Shown here in pieces: positions 9,327 to 19,189 of a stretch of 64,000 nucleotides of DNA (positions within the stretch are counted from its first letter, which is position 1; the number at the start of each line of letters is the position of its first letter). Origin of the DNA: Bdellovibrionales bacterium (lineage in GTDB: Bacteria; Bdellovibrionota; Bdellovibrionia; Bdellovibrionales; UBA1609). The notes beneath the pieces were generated by a model. The model was not told where the DNA came from. It made no database searches and saw only the letters and a program-made list of their open reading frames with translations. The position numbers were made by a program, and so were the translations under genes. The DNA is taken from positions 1,214,568 to 1,278,567 of the forward strand of contig OZ250145.1 of assembly GCA_965237565.1 (NCBI GenBank). Reading direction: 5' to 3'.

Positions 9327-10031
9327 CTAGGATTCAAGCGGTCTAAATACTTCGATAGAACGTTTATAGGCTTTCTCTAGCATTTTTTCACGATTCTCTT
9401 TTCCCGTATCAATAATCATCGCTCCCTCAGGCTCCATTAGAGGGTTTTTTTCACGACTTGTATCCTGCTCATCTCTTTCCTTGTGCAAAGTAATGACCTG
9501 AGACAAAGAAAGTTTATCATTCCTTTGGGAAATCCTTCTTTTCGCTCGCACCTGATTATCCGCCCAAAGATAAATTTTTAAAGGAGCTTCGGGGAAAATA
9601 GCTGTCCCACAATCCCTTCCCTCAACCACTAGACCTTGGGTGTTTTCCTCAAAGCAATCCCTTTGAGCTGGCAACAAAGCCTCCCTGACGAGAGGAAATC
9701 TAGCCACTTCAGAAGCTCTCTCATCTATCTCATTTGTATACATATGATCTGTTATGTCCTTTTCATTGTAAACAAATCTTGTCCCCTCATCAGTCAAACA
9801 CACCCGCCAATCGAATTCCTTTATCCATAAAACAATTGTTGATTCCATGTTTTTTCTCTCCAATTTTTTAGACAAGGATAGGTAGGCAAAGCCACGGTAA
9901 AACACACCCGTTGAAAGCCACTTCCAATTCAATTTTTTCGCTAGCTCTCGACCCAGCGAGCTTTTTCCGGAAGCTGTTGGCCCATCTATGGTAATTAGAG
10001 CTTCTGCTTTCATATTGTTTTTTTGCCTCAT
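9327..10031 (-). CDS. cmk: Cytidylate kinase
   Basis: P-loop ITIDGPTASGKSS followed by a typical CMP-kinase sequence. Located upstream of rpsA. Confidence 0.9.
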   Translation of the reverse strand: MRQKNNMKAEALITIDGPTASGKSSLGRELAKKLNWKWLSTGVFYRGFAYLSLSKKLERKNMESTIVLWIKEFDWRVCLTDEGTRFVYNEKDITDHMYTNEIDERASEVARFPLVREALLPAQRDCFEENTQGLVVEGRDCGTAIFPEAPLKIYLWADNQVRAKRRISQRNDKLSLSQVITLHKERDEQDTSREKNPLMEPEGAMIIDTGKENREKMLEKAYKRSIEVFRPLES

Positions 10032-11164
10032 TTTTGCATTAAAAATAAAAACTCTGTATTCTGATTTTCTTTTTCCTTAGTCCAGTCATGAGTCCAACGC
10101 ATACCTGACATGACATTACGCCTATAATCAATGGAAAATACACGCACTGTCTTACACTGACTTTTTATCACTTCGCATATTTCCTTTTTTGTCGCCCTTC
10201 CTCCACTGCTGTAAGAAAGCAATATGTAGGGAGAAGGACATTGCTGAATCAAACGTTCAATGGCCTCCAATGCAATAAAGCGACCCGCTTTATTTTTCCG
10301 AAACTCCTCAAAAACAGAGCCAGCCAGTCTGTCATTGCAATCCGCTCTACGGTTTGTCACTCCAAACAATTCCGGCTGATCGTTCAAACAAATGGTCTTC
10401 CAGATGTGATAGTAAGAAGCATAACGAACTCGGGAGGGAGGCATCTTCTCGTTGTTTGAACCATAAGGAGGATCAAAATAAGATAGCTCTGCTTTGATTT
10501 TTGGAAGCAAGGCAAAGATATCCTTGTTTGCAACCGAATGGCCATCACATTTTCGCTCAATCAGAGGCATGGAAAGTTTTAGACGATGAAAAGAACGAGG
10601 CGACCACTCTCGAAGATAAGAAACATAATGCCCCAAAGTGTTATCCACTTTGTCGAGTGCAAGCATCAAACTCGTCAATAAAATAGAGTGTTCAATTTTG
10701 TTGTCAGCTATTTTGTCTATTTCCTCTCTAATAACATCCAATTTTTTTGTATTGTGTATTTGCCAAATTTTTTTCTTGCCGTCTGAATGAATCGATATGC
10801 CCCCATTGCTACTCCCCCCATAATGTTTGGTAAACCAAGCAGCCCGGCCTCTCATTGCATTGAGATGATCAATTTTTTTTTGCAATTGAGAACTTTTGAT
10901 TCCTTTTAGATAGCACTCTCCAAAAACTTTTGACCAAATTGCCCAATCATTTGCAATCACTTGGTATCCTCGTTTGGCCAAAGCTTGACTGACTCTTGTG
11001 GTTCCTGAAAATCCATCAAAAACTCGCTTAATGGGCAGTGGCTCAATCACTGAAAGAATATAAGGCAATAATTTCAGTTTTGAGCCATTGTATTTCACAG
11101 CTTCTGTGCTGGGCGGTTCTGAATTCTTGTTTCCTATTTTTATCTTTGCATGAATTTCAAACAT
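10028..11164 (-). CDS. DNA adenine methyltransferase, D12/Dam class (alpha-type motif order), orphan
   Basis: N-terminal YNGSKLKLLPYI, AdoMet motif I FDGFSGTTRV, catalytic YFDPPYG about 180 aa later. 378 aa. 4-nt ATGA overlap with the cmk start. Confidence 0.8.
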   Translation of the reverse strand: MFEIHAKIKIGNKNSEPPSTEAVKYNGSKLKLLPYILSVIEPLPIKRVFDGFSGTTRVSQALAKRGYQVIANDWAIWSKVFGECYLKGIKSSQLQKKIDHLNAMRGRAAWFTKHYGGSSNGGISIHSDGKKKIWQIHNTKKLDVIREEIDKIADNKIEHSILLTSLMLALDKVDNTLGHYVSYLREWSPRSFHRLKLSMPLIERKCDGHSVANKDIFALLPKIKAELSYFDPPYGSNNEKMPPSRVRYASYYHIWKTICLNDQPELFGVTNRRADCNDRLAGSVFEEFRKNKAGRFIALEAIERLIQQCPSPYILLSYSSGGRATKKEICEVIKSQCKTVRVFSIDYRRNVMSGMRWTHDWTKEKENQNTEFLFLMQK

Positions 11165-11220
11165 ATTTGTACAAACCTATGACAACAAGTATAGCCAAAC
11201 TACAGCAATAAATGCACCAC

Positions 11221-12459
11221 TTAAGAGGGAGGTTTTTTGGTAACAGAGAGATTTTTAAGAGATAAGCGAATTTTTTGTAAATGCTCATTCGATTTTGTCT
11301 CTACAACAATATCCACCTGAACCAAACCGTGAGAAAGGCTTGGATTGTTTCTTTCATGATGTATGGATAAAATATTGGAGTGCAGAGAAGACAAAATAGA
11401 TGTAATGTGATTCAAAGCCCCTGGCTCATCTTTCACAACGAGAGACAAACGCCCCAAACGACCGCTTGCCTTCAAACCCTTTTCAATCACATAAGAAATA
11501 ATATTCAAATCAATGTTTCCGCCAGACAAAATAAGCGCACATTTTTTTCCAAAATTCCACTGAGACTTTTGCTTCAACAAAGCTGCAACCACGACAGCCC
11601 CCGAACCTTCCACAAGAGTTTTGGCCCGCTCAAGCAAAACTACTATCGCCTCTGATGTTTCATCCTCACTCACAGCAACAACGTCATCTACATATCGAGA
11701 AAGATAGGTTTCAAAGATGTATTGATTGGGCTTTTTTACACTAATTCCATCCGTCAAAACTGGAATCGAAAAATCTTTTTCTGGTTGATACTCTTTTTTG
11801 TGAAAAAGCTTCTCCATACCCGGAGCTGTCTCAGAAACTACTCCATATACACGACAACTCGGCTTGATTTGCTTGATCACACATGCCATCCCGCTCATCA
11901 AACCACCTCCACCAATGGGTACAATCACAGAATCCAAATCAGATATCTGCTCCAAAATCTCCAAGCCCACACTTCCCTGCCCAGAAATCACCATAGGATC
12001 CTTATAAGCGTGAACAAAAACACGTGAAGTTTCCTCACAAAGTTTTATGGCATGCTCGTAACTCTCATCGTAGATTTGTCCATGCGTAACCAACTCTGCC
12101 CCATAATTCAAAACAGCTTGTTGCTTGACCAAGGAAGTTTTGCGAGGAACCACGATCAAAGCTGAGGCCTTCACACATTGAGCCGCATAAGCCAAACCTT
12201 GTGCGTGATTGCCGGCCGAACAAGTGATTAAGCCTTTTTTTCTTTCTTCAGGGCTAAGAGACAAAACCTTATTCAAAGCTCCTCGTATTTTAAAACTTCC
12301 CGTTATCTGATTGTTCTCCATTTTTAAATAAACGGAAGTTCCAGATCTCTCGCTCAAGGTACGAGAGAAATCAATGGGAGTGAAATTCACCCATGATGAA
12401 ATGGACTTTCTTGATTTTTCAAACGTCGATAAAGAGATGGGAAATTCTTTCACAATCAA
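11221..12459 (-). CDS. ilvA: Threonine ammonia-lyase (threonine dehydratase) with C-terminal ACT-like domain
   Basis: PLP-lysine motif TGSFKIRGA, a GGGGL glycine loop, and a C-terminal regulatory domain. Non-ATG start implied by the ORF track. Confidence 0.85.
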   Translation of the reverse strand: MIVKEFPISLSTFEKSRKSISSWVNFTPIDFSRTLSERSGTSVYLKMENNQITGSFKIRGALNKVLSLSPEERKKGLITCSAGNHAQGLAYAAQCVKASALIVVPRKTSLVKQQAVLNYGAELVTHGQIYDESYEHAIKLCEETSRVFVHAYKDPMVISGQGSVGLEILEQISDLDSVIVPIGGGGLMSGMACVIKQIKPSCRVYGVVSETAPGMEKLFHKKEYQPEKDFSIPVLTDGISVKKPNQYIFETYLSRYVDDVVAVSEDETSEAIVVLLERAKTLVEGSGAVVVAALLKQKSQWNFGKKCALILSGGNIDLNIISYVIEKGLKASGRLGRLSLVVKDEPGALNHITSILSSLHSNILSIHHERNNPSLSHGLVQVDIVVETKSNEHLQKIRLSLKNLSVTKKPPS

Positions 12460-12520
12460 ACCTCACAAAAAAAGCAAATGATTTTTTCTCACCAGCCACC
12501 TATTAATTTTTTTTGGATTT

Positions 12521-13264
12521 TCAAGCCAAAACTCTCTCAAACAAATTGATAAAATTCTTCACGTCTAAAGAAGCTCCTCCTACCAAAAATCCATCAATTC
12601 CTTCCATAGAGGCTAGCTCACGAATGTTATCCTTATTCACACTGCCACCATATAACAGGGAAATCTTTTTTCCTCTTGAGTGAGAAAATTGGTGGATATT
12701 TTTTTGCATTTCATCAATTTGTGACAAGTTCGCTGATTTACCCGTGCCGATCGACCACACCGGCTCATAGGCCACAATGATTGGGGAAGTGAGATCTTCT
12801 CCCTTTTTTAAAAAAGCACTCAATTGTTTTTCAACCACTTGAATAGATTTTTTTTGTTCTCTCTCGCTAGCATTTTCTCCCACACACACCACTGGCTGAA
12901 TCGAATGCTTGGATAGGGCTCTTACTTTTTGTTCAACAAGAAAATCATCTTCAAAAAACAACTGCCTTCTCTCACTGTGACCAACCAAACAGTGAGTGGC
13001 TCCCATTTGCTTCAAAACCATGGGGGAGTTCTCTCCTGTAAAAGCTCCTGCTGATTCAAAATAGCAATTTTGCGCTCCCCAAGAAAAATGTTGCCCCTTT
13101 AACTCTTCCCTAAAAACATGAAGAGAAAAGGCGGGAGCAAAAAACACAAAATGCTTTTGCTGTTCCAATTTTGTCAGTTGAATCATTTGCCGAATAAACA
13201 CTCTAACTTCTTCAGGAGTTTTATTCATTTTCCAATTGGCGCACAAAAGAAATGAATCTTTCAT
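12521..13264 (-). CDS. tpiA: Triosephosphate isomerase
   Basis: ANWKMN start motif, VGHSERR, YEPVWSIGTG and GGASL motifs. Confidence 0.92.
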   Translation of the reverse strand: MKDSFLLCANWKMNKTPEEVRVFIRQMIQLTKLEQQKHFVFFAPAFSLHVFREELKGQHFSWGAQNCYFESAGAFTGENSPMVLKQMGATHCLVGHSERRQLFFEDDFLVEQKVRALSKHSIQPVVCVGENASEREQKKSIQVVEKQLSAFLKKGEDLTSPIIVAYEPVWSIGTGKSANLSQIDEMQKNIHQFSHSRGKKISLLYGGSVNKDNIRELASMEGIDGFLVGGASLDVKNFINLFERVLA

Positions 13265-13286
13265 TTTTCTCCCTATGATGCCAGTT

Positions 13287-14507
13287 TCAAATGATTTGTT
13301 CTCTCAACATTTTTTCCATTTTCAAACTTTCCACGCCAGGGAGTTTGCCTTCACTTAGGTATTTTAAGGACGCCCCTCCTCCAGTTGAAATATAATTGAA
13401 TTGGTCCGCTTGTCCAGATTTCAACACAGCTGCAATAGAATCCCCTCCCCCGATTACACGAAAAGCCTTCTTATGCTCAGCCAAAATCTGGCAAAGTTTC
13501 ATGGTCCCTTCAGCAAAATCTGATTTTTCAAAATTCCCCATGGGTCCAGTCCAAAAAATCGTATTGGCTTTTTTCAAAGCTCGTGAAAACATTCCCAAAG
13601 TCTTTGGGCCAATATCCACAGGACAAAAATCATTTGGAATATTTTGTCCAACCACATATTCTTTCTTTTTCTTTCCATTGTTTCCCTGAGAAGTCACCAC
13701 ATGATCCACAGGCAAAAATAAAGCTTTATTTCTTTCTTCCATCCGATTGATAATCTCCTTCACGGAAAACAAACTATCTTCTTGCACAAAAGCAGAACCC
13801 ACATGAAAGCCTTTTGCCTTTAAAAAAGTATAGGCAACCACTCCTCCAACAACCAAAAAATCCAAACGATCAATCATTTGTTTTGTTGCCTCAATCTTGT
13901 CACGTACCTTGGATCCTCCGATAACAAGAGCCCAAGGGGAAACAGCCTCCCTTTTCATATAATCCAAAATTTCCCTTTCTTTTTGCATAGAAAAACCTTG
14001 TCCTTTTTTTTGAACCATCTCAGGCAAAGCCTTTATACTTGCGTGCTTTCGATGCGAAACGCTAAAAGCATCATTGATATAAATATCCAAGGAACCTGCC
14101 AATTTTCGAATCCAATTTGCACTACCGGCCACCTCTTCTGGATAAAATCTCAAATTTTCCAACAAAATCATTTTTTTTGCATTCAAAGAGGAAAGCAAAA
14201 TGGGAGGGATTTCCAAATTTTGTTCATGAATAAACAAAACCTCACAATCCAAAACCTCCCCTAGATAGTAACCAAAGGGTTCAAGACTCAGTTCTTTTTG
14301 CACTCCCAGGGGACGGCCTCTGTGGCTTCCAACAATCACATAAGCGTGGTTTTCTAGTGCGTAGCGAATGGTTGGAATACAAGCCTGAAGCCGAATGTGA
14401 TCTTTGACCTGACCCTCTTTGACAGGAACATTAAAGTCAGTGCGAATGAAAACTCTTTGATCCCTTAAATCAAAATCTTTGATAGAATGCAAAACTGTTT
14501 GAGGCAT
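13287..14507 (-). CDS. pgk: Phosphoglycerate kinase
   Basis: RTDFNVP, GSHRGRP and a C-terminal STGGGASL motif. Start moved to the ATG at 14505-14507 (MPQTVLHS...), because the longer track ORF would overlap the gap stop at 14515. Confidence 0.9.
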   Translation of the reverse strand: MPQTVLHSIKDFDLRDQRVFIRTDFNVPVKEGQVKDHIRLQACIPTIRYALENHAYVIVGSHRGRPLGVQKELSLEPFGYYLGEVLDCEVLFIHEQNLEIPPILLSSLNAKKMILLENLRFYPEEVAGSANWIRKLAGSLDIYINDAFSVSHRKHASIKALPEMVQKKGQGFSMQKEREILDYMKREAVSPWALVIGGSKVRDKIEATKQMIDRLDFLVVGGVVAYTFLKAKGFHVGSAFVQEDSLFSVKEIINRMEERNKALFLPVDHVVTSQGNNGKKKKEYVVGQNIPNDFCPVDIGPKTLGMFSRALKKANTIFWTGPMGNFEKSDFAEGTMKLCQILAEHKKAFRVIGGGDSIAAVLKSGQADQFNYISTGGGASLKYLSEGKLPGVESLKMEKMLREQII

Positions 14508-14514
14508 AAAATCC

Positions 14515-15516
14515 TTACTTTCCTGACAAGTATTGAACAAAGTCAATCATCCGCTTAGAAAATCCTATTTCGTTATCATACCAAGCTAAAATTTTCACCA
14601 AATGACCTTTCACCTTCATTGTAGAAGGAAGATCCACAATAGCACTATAAGTACTCCCATTAAAATCCGTGCTCACAAGTTTATTGGATTCACAAAATAA
14701 AATTCCTTTCAGTTCATTTTTTTCAGCCTGAAGAAAGGCTTTGTGAATTTCCTCCACTCCTACCTCGTTTTTTGGCTTTATAACCACATCCACCAAACTA
14801 ACATTGGGGGTGGGCACTCGAATGCTCATTCCATTGATTTTATCTTTTAAGTCAGGAAAAATGCGAGCCAAAACAGAGGTAGCGCCTGTGCTTGTGGGAA
14901 TCATATTCAAATTTGCAGAACGTGCTCTTCTTACATCTTTTTTATGGCTAGAGTCCAAAAGGTTTTGATCTAGAGTATAGGAATGAATGGTCGTGAACAT
15001 CACTTCTTCTAGCTGAAACTTCTCATGCAAAACCTTTATCAGAGGAGCCAAACAGTTGGCGGTGCAAGAACCATTACTGATAATATGGTGCTGGCTCGGC
15101 TGATAAGAGAGGTGATTGATTCCATAAATGAGAGTCAGATCATCATCAGGAATCGGAGCAGCTACAAAAACTTTTTTTGCTCCGCCTTTCAAGTGAGCTT
15201 CCAAATCCTCTCTTTTTTTAAACACCCCCGCACATTCTAAAACAATATCCACCTGCCATTTGTGCCAAGGGATTTCTTTTGGATGCTTATATGAAACATA
15301 AGGAATTTGTTTTTTACCCACTCTTATACAATCCTTATCTGCCCGCACCTCTTTGGAATAAGGACCATGAACACTGTCATATTTCAACAAGTGAGAAACC
15401 ATTTCGATGGGAGCTAAACTATTGATCACAACAATGTCTAATTCATCTAAGCCTAAGCGAAGCAAACATCGGCCGATTCTTCCAAAACCATTAATACCTA
15501 CCTTGAGTCGAGACAA
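14515..15516 (-). CDS. gap: Glyceraldehyde-3-phosphate dehydrogenase
   Basis: INGFGRIGR Rossmann motif and active-site SNGSCTANCL. Sits in the gap-pgk-tpiA operon order. Confidence 0.93.
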   Translation of the reverse strand: MSRLKVGINGFGRIGRCLLRLGLDELDIVVINSLAPIEMVSHLLKYDSVHGPYSKEVRADKDCIRVGKKQIPYVSYKHPKEIPWHKWQVDIVLECAGVFKKREDLEAHLKGGAKKVFVAAPIPDDDLTLIYGINHLSYQPSQHHIISNGSCTANCLAPLIKVLHEKFQLEEVMFTTIHSYTLDQNLLDSSHKKDVRRARSANLNMIPTSTGATSVLARIFPDLKDKINGMSIRVPTPNVSLVDVVIKPKNEVGVEEIHKAFLQAEKNELKGILFCESNKLVSTDFNGSTYSAIVDLPSTMKVKGHLVKILAWYDNEIGFSKRMIDFVQYLSGK

Positions 15517-15591
15517 AAAAACCTTCCTCCTCTATCCTTGTATTTCTCAGACACTGTAACTGTAGATAGGGACGAATGCAAATCACAAATC

Positions 15592-16350
15592 TTATTTAAA
15601 AAATAAATCTTGGCTTGTCTTTTGGCTTTTCTCAGAAAGCTCTTGGATGGAAACACCGTGCAGATCAGCAACCACTTGTGCCGTATGCACCAACCAAGCT
15701 GGTTTGTTTTTATGACCTCGATGGGGAACAGGGGCTAGATAAGGAGCGTCTGTCTCTAGGTGTAGGCGATCCAAAGGAATTTTTTTACAAACTTCTTTTA
15801 ATTCTTGTGCTTTTTTAAACGTCACAATACCACTAAAAGAAATATTTAAGCCAAGGTCTAAAGCCCCACAAGCCATCTCCCAAGTTCCTGAAAAACAGTG
15901 CAGGAGGCCTCGCACACTAGCTTTAAATTCCTGTAAAATAGAGAGCGTGTCTGACTCAGCCGAACGGGTGTGAATCTCAACAGGTAAATCTTTTTCAGTG
16001 GCAATAACTAATTGACGACGAAAGACTTCTTTTTGTTTCTCTCTATCTGAATATTCATAATAATAATCCAAACCAATCTCTCCGCAAATTTCAATCCCCG
16101 GTTCATTCAACTTTTCTTTTAACAAATTTTCCACATCGTCATCATACAGCTCGACTGAATGAGGGTGAACCCCCAAAGCACCTATCACTTGAGGATATTT
16201 TTGTGCATCGTCTATCACTTTTTGCCAATCCTTTGGCTCGGTTCCAATAGTGATGAGAGTTTTCACTCCCGCAGAAAAAGCCTCCTTCACTACTGAATCC
16301 GTGGGAAGATCCAACATACCCAGATGAGTGTGTACATCCGTCCATTCCAT
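15592..16350 (-). CDS. tatD: TatD family metal-dependent hydrolase/DNase
   Basis: DVHTHL metal-binding start, EIGLDYYY, and LETDAPYL near the C-terminus. Confidence 0.85.
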   Translation of the reverse strand: MEWTDVHTHLGMLDLPTDSVVKEAFSAGVKTLITIGTEPKDWQKVIDDAQKYPQVIGALGVHPHSVELYDDDVENLLKEKLNEPGIEICGEIGLDYYYEYSDREKQKEVFRRQLVIATEKDLPVEIHTRSAESDTLSILQEFKASVRGLLHCFSGTWEMACGALDLGLNISFSGIVTFKKAQELKEVCKKIPLDRLHLETDAPYLAPVPHRGHKNKPAWLVHTAQVVADLHGVSIQELSEKSQKTSQDLFFK

Positions 16351-17342
16351 TATCTCAAAACCTCCTTGATTTGTGCTCTCATTTTAACCAGTAAATTGTC
16401 GAAAGCAAGAGGAGAATTGGCATACGATTTTACACTATTTTCCAGTTGAATCACTTCCATGAAGATTTGATCTAGAAATTCGTGAGGCAAATTTTTTAAA
16501 AATGCAATCAAGTCTTTATGATCCGCATGAACGAGATGAGATGATTGAAGCTGATCTTTTCTTGCATCTCTTATAATTTGTTCCCAACAAAGACAAACAA
16601 ACAAAGCTTGGCTTCTGTTCTTAACCAGATCATTCAATTCTTTTAAAGAAACTAGCTCTTGCTTGAGTAAGCTATTTCTTAATAGCATAAAGGCTTGGTC
16701 TCTGGTCGCTTGGTTTTCCTGCCATTTTTCTAACAGATCCAACCGACCTTGGCAGACGTGAATCAACCAATCGCTTGGTTGAGCAGCTTGCGATGGGTCA
16801 GAAGCCATTTTCTCCTTCATAACCAAGGCCACATGCTCTTTCTTTAGAGGAAGAAAACGCAGGACCTGCACTCTGGAGAGAATCGTAGAAGTAAGGCCAG
16901 ACAAATTAGAGGAAATCAAAATAAAATATACATTCTCTGGAGGCTCTTCCAAAATTTTTAGCAAGCTATTGCTTGCTTGCCTATTCATTTGGTGTGCAGA
17001 ATCTATCATGATGACACGAGCTGGTGATTCACTTTGTAGAGAAAGAAAATCCAGAATGTAGCGAATGGATTCTACTTTTATATTCAAAGACTCCGGCTCA
17101 ATAAAAAGTATGTTCTCGCTTTTTTGATTTTCCACTTTTAAACAAGATGAACACTTCCCACAAGCCAAGTTCGAGTTTTTACAAAGTAAAATTTGAGCGA
17201 AAGCCCAAGCTGATTTTTTCTTGCCAATGCCACTAGGACCCGCAAATAAAAGTGCGTGAGCTAAGCGACCTTTTTTTTTAGCTGACAAAAGTTGATCAAA
17301 TCCAGCTTTTTGACCGTAGATGCTCTTTAAGAGTTGAGCCAT
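16350..17342 (-). CDS. holB: DNA polymerase III subunit delta prime
   Basis: HALLFAGPSGIGKK Walker-like motif, Zn-module CGKCSSC, and LKILEEPP. tmk-holB synteny. Confidence 0.8.
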   Translation of the reverse strand: MAQLLKSIYGQKAGFDQLLSAKKKGRLAHALLFAGPSGIGKKKSAWAFAQILLCKNSNLACGKCSSCLKVENQKSENILFIEPESLNIKVESIRYILDFLSLQSESPARVIMIDSAHQMNRQASNSLLKILEEPPENVYFILISSNLSGLTSTILSRVQVLRFLPLKKEHVALVMKEKMASDPSQAAQPSDWLIHVCQGRLDLLEKWQENQATRDQAFMLLRNSLLKQELVSLKELNDLVKNRSQALFVCLCWEQIIRDARKDQLQSSHLVHADHKDLIAFLKNLPHEFLDQIFMEVIQLENSVKSYANSPLAFDNLLVKMRAQIKEVLR

Positions 17343-17953
17343 TTTCTTTTTTTGAACTCTTCTAGAATGGAGAGTACCAGTTGCTCAGTAGTCAATAAAG
17401 CATTCAATACTAACCAAGAATCCTTATTAGCACGAGCCATATCCAAGTAAGACTCTCTGACTCTTTGGTGAAAGCTTCTATCTTGTATTTCGAAGCGATC
17501 TACGAATTTGCCGGCAACTTGCCCTCGCTTTTCTTTTTCAACCAATGGCAAGTCTAACAATATCCAAAGATCAGGCTGTACATCAGAGACCGTGAATTGA
17601 TTGATCCACTTCACTTGTTCTTCCGGCAACCCCCGACCTTTGCATTGAAAAGCTGTTGTACTGGCCCAAAATCGATCACAGATCACCCATTGGCCAGATT
17701 CTATAGCCGGTAAAATTACCTTCTCAATATGGTCTTTTCGACCCGCTGACAGAAGTAAAACCTCCGTTTGTGGAGAAAGAGCCTCTCCATAGGGGTTCAA
17801 AATAATATCTCTGATCTTCTCTCCCAAAATTGTACCCCCCGGTTCACGGGTGACAACAAAATCGAGTTTTCTTTTTTCAAGCTCGGGAGACAAAGCCTTA
17901 ATTAAAGTGCTTTTTCCAGACTGATCCAAACCCTCAAACACGACAAAAGACAT
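17327..17953 (-). CDS. tmk: Thymidylate kinase
   Basis: FEGLDQSGKST P-loop, TREPGGT, and a DRF motif. Confidence 0.9.
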   Translation of the reverse strand: MSFVVFEGLDQSGKSTLIKALSPELEKRKLDFVVTREPGGTILGEKIRDIILNPYGEALSPQTEVLLLSAGRKDHIEKVILPAIESGQWVICDRFWASTTAFQCKGRGLPEEQVKWINQFTVSDVQPDLWILLDLPLVEKEKRGQVAGKFVDRFEIQDRSFHQRVRESYLDMARANKDSWLVLNALLTTEQLVLSILEEFKKRKWLNS

Positions 17954-18012
17954 AAACTTTTTCCTATATCAAAATTTAAACTGGCAATGAATAAATCCAA
18001 AACAAAAAAGAG

Positions 18013-18621
18013 TCAAGTTGTTTCACTCCAACTGGGCCAACCAGAAGGAAGATCTACAACAATTCTTTTCGACTCAAAATCAATGTCAAAAAGATATTCT
18101 TCAATAAAGGGAATCTCTATTTGTTTTTTGTTCCCTGCACTTACATTCAACAAATCTTGCGATCCATTGTGGGAAAAGGAAACAACTTCCCCTAGCTGTT
18201 TTTTTTCCCTATCATATACTTGAAAATTCAAGACTTCGATCAAGTAAATGGGTTCCCCCGAGTGAGAGGAAAACACATCCCTTGGAACATAAAAATCATA
18301 GCCTTTAAAAGGAATAACTTTTTCAATGCTATCCAGATTTTGTAGATGCACAATCATTCCCTTTTTGTGAAGACAAGCTTTTTGGATTTTTACTGAAAAT
18401 GTATTTGCTGGATGGATTGACAGCCTACCTTCGGGGATTTCTTTTGCTTTTTCTAGCCGAACCTCCTTGCCAAAGAGAAGATTGCAAATTTCCTGATTAA
18501 CAAAATAAGATGAAACAAATAGATCGCCTTTTAGGCCATGTGTGTGAGTGAATTGTCCAATTTTCAGATAAGTGGGCACGGAATTTAAACCATTGAAAAA
18601 ATTATTCTTTCTCTGTGTCAT
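18013..18621 (-). CDS. rimM: 16S rRNA processing protein RimM
   Basis: IGQFTHTHGLKGDLFV PRC-barrel family start motif. Start placed at the ATG at 18619-18621 (MTQRKNN), which overlaps the end of the upstream KH gene by 20 nt. The longer track ORF is unlikely. Confidence 0.8.
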   Translation of the reverse strand: MTQRKNNFFNGLNSVPTYLKIGQFTHTHGLKGDLFVSSYFVNQEICNLLFGKEVRLEKAKEIPEGRLSIHPANTFSVKIQKACLHKKGMIVHLQNLDSIEKVIPFKGYDFYVPRDVFSSHSGEPIYLIEVLNFQVYDREKKQLGEVVSFSHNGSQDLLNVSAGNKKQIEIPFIEEYLFDIDFESKRIVVDLPSGWPSWSETT

Positions 18622-18907
18622 CGTTGTCGTCATCATCTTCATCATCATCAATGATTTGGAAAAGACATCTTTGTTTTCTTTTTGCTCCACAAGCACCCAC
18701 AATCGTTCTCAAAGACTCTATGGTTCGGCCATTACGGCCAATCACCTTGCCCATATCTTTTTTGGATACACGAGCTTCAAAAATTACTGTTTTCTCGCCC
18801 CTGTTTTCTTGTACTTCTACTTGATCTGGCTCATCTACCAAGGCCTTAATCAGGGTTTCGATAATTTCAGCGATTGATCTTTCCATCTCCACACTCCAGA
18901 GAGCCAA
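18602..18907 (-). CDS. KH-domain RNA-binding protein (YlqC/UPF0109-like) with poly-acidic C-terminal tail
   Basis: GKVIGRNGRTIESLRTI KH motif. Located between rpsP and rimM, as in many bacteria. The tail is IIDDDEDDDDNDDTEKE. The true start may be Met8 (18886). Confidence 0.75.
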   Translation of the reverse strand: MALWSVEMERSIAEIIETLIKALVDEPDQVEVQENRGEKTVIFEARVSKKDMGKVIGRNGRTIESLRTIVGACGAKRKQRCLFQIIDDDEDDDDNDDTEKE

Positions 18908-18922
18908 ACATGCTTCGCTTCT

Positions 18923-19168
18923 CTAAACAGAATACACTTTTTTCGCTAAACTCCGAATAGTCTGACTCGGTTGAGCGCCCTTTTTTGTCCAATTTCTATA
19001 TTTTTCGATGTCCATGCGAAAAGCCTTTTTCTTATCCTTACAAAAGGAATCATAATAACCAATGATATCAATAAATCGACCTTTTGAACTGAAACGAGAA
19101 TCGGCTACTGTCACACGATATCTGGGCCTATGAATAGAACCGCAACGGGAAAGACGAATCACAACCAT
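18923..19168 (-). CDS. rpsP: 30S ribosomal protein S16
   Basis: MVVIRLSRCGSIHRPRYRVTVADSR is the canonical S16 N-terminus. Confidence 0.93.
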   Translation of the reverse strand: MVVIRLSRCGSIHRPRYRVTVADSRFSSKGRFIDIIGYYDSFCKDKKKAFRMDIEKYRNWTKKGAQPSQTIRSLAKKVYSV

Positions 19169-19189
19169 TATGACACTCTCTCAACTTTC

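Noticed and set aside
7350-9346. Multiple plus-strand ORFs (7350..7784, 7934..8152, 8267..8716, 8688..8903, 9098..9346) antisense to rpsA
   Set aside because: They lie entirely inside the strongly supported S1 gene on the opposite strand. Their products are low-complexity with no motifs, typical of antisense frames in a biased-composition gene. The same reasoning applies to the other short track ORFs nested in pgk, gap, tatD, eno, gcvP, the protease, rny and others.
10028-12459. Restriction-modification system around the Dam-class methyltransferase
   Set aside because: The flanking genes are clearly cmk and threonine dehydratase. No endonuclease-like, specificity-subunit or helicase ORF is present, so it is treated as an orphan methylase.
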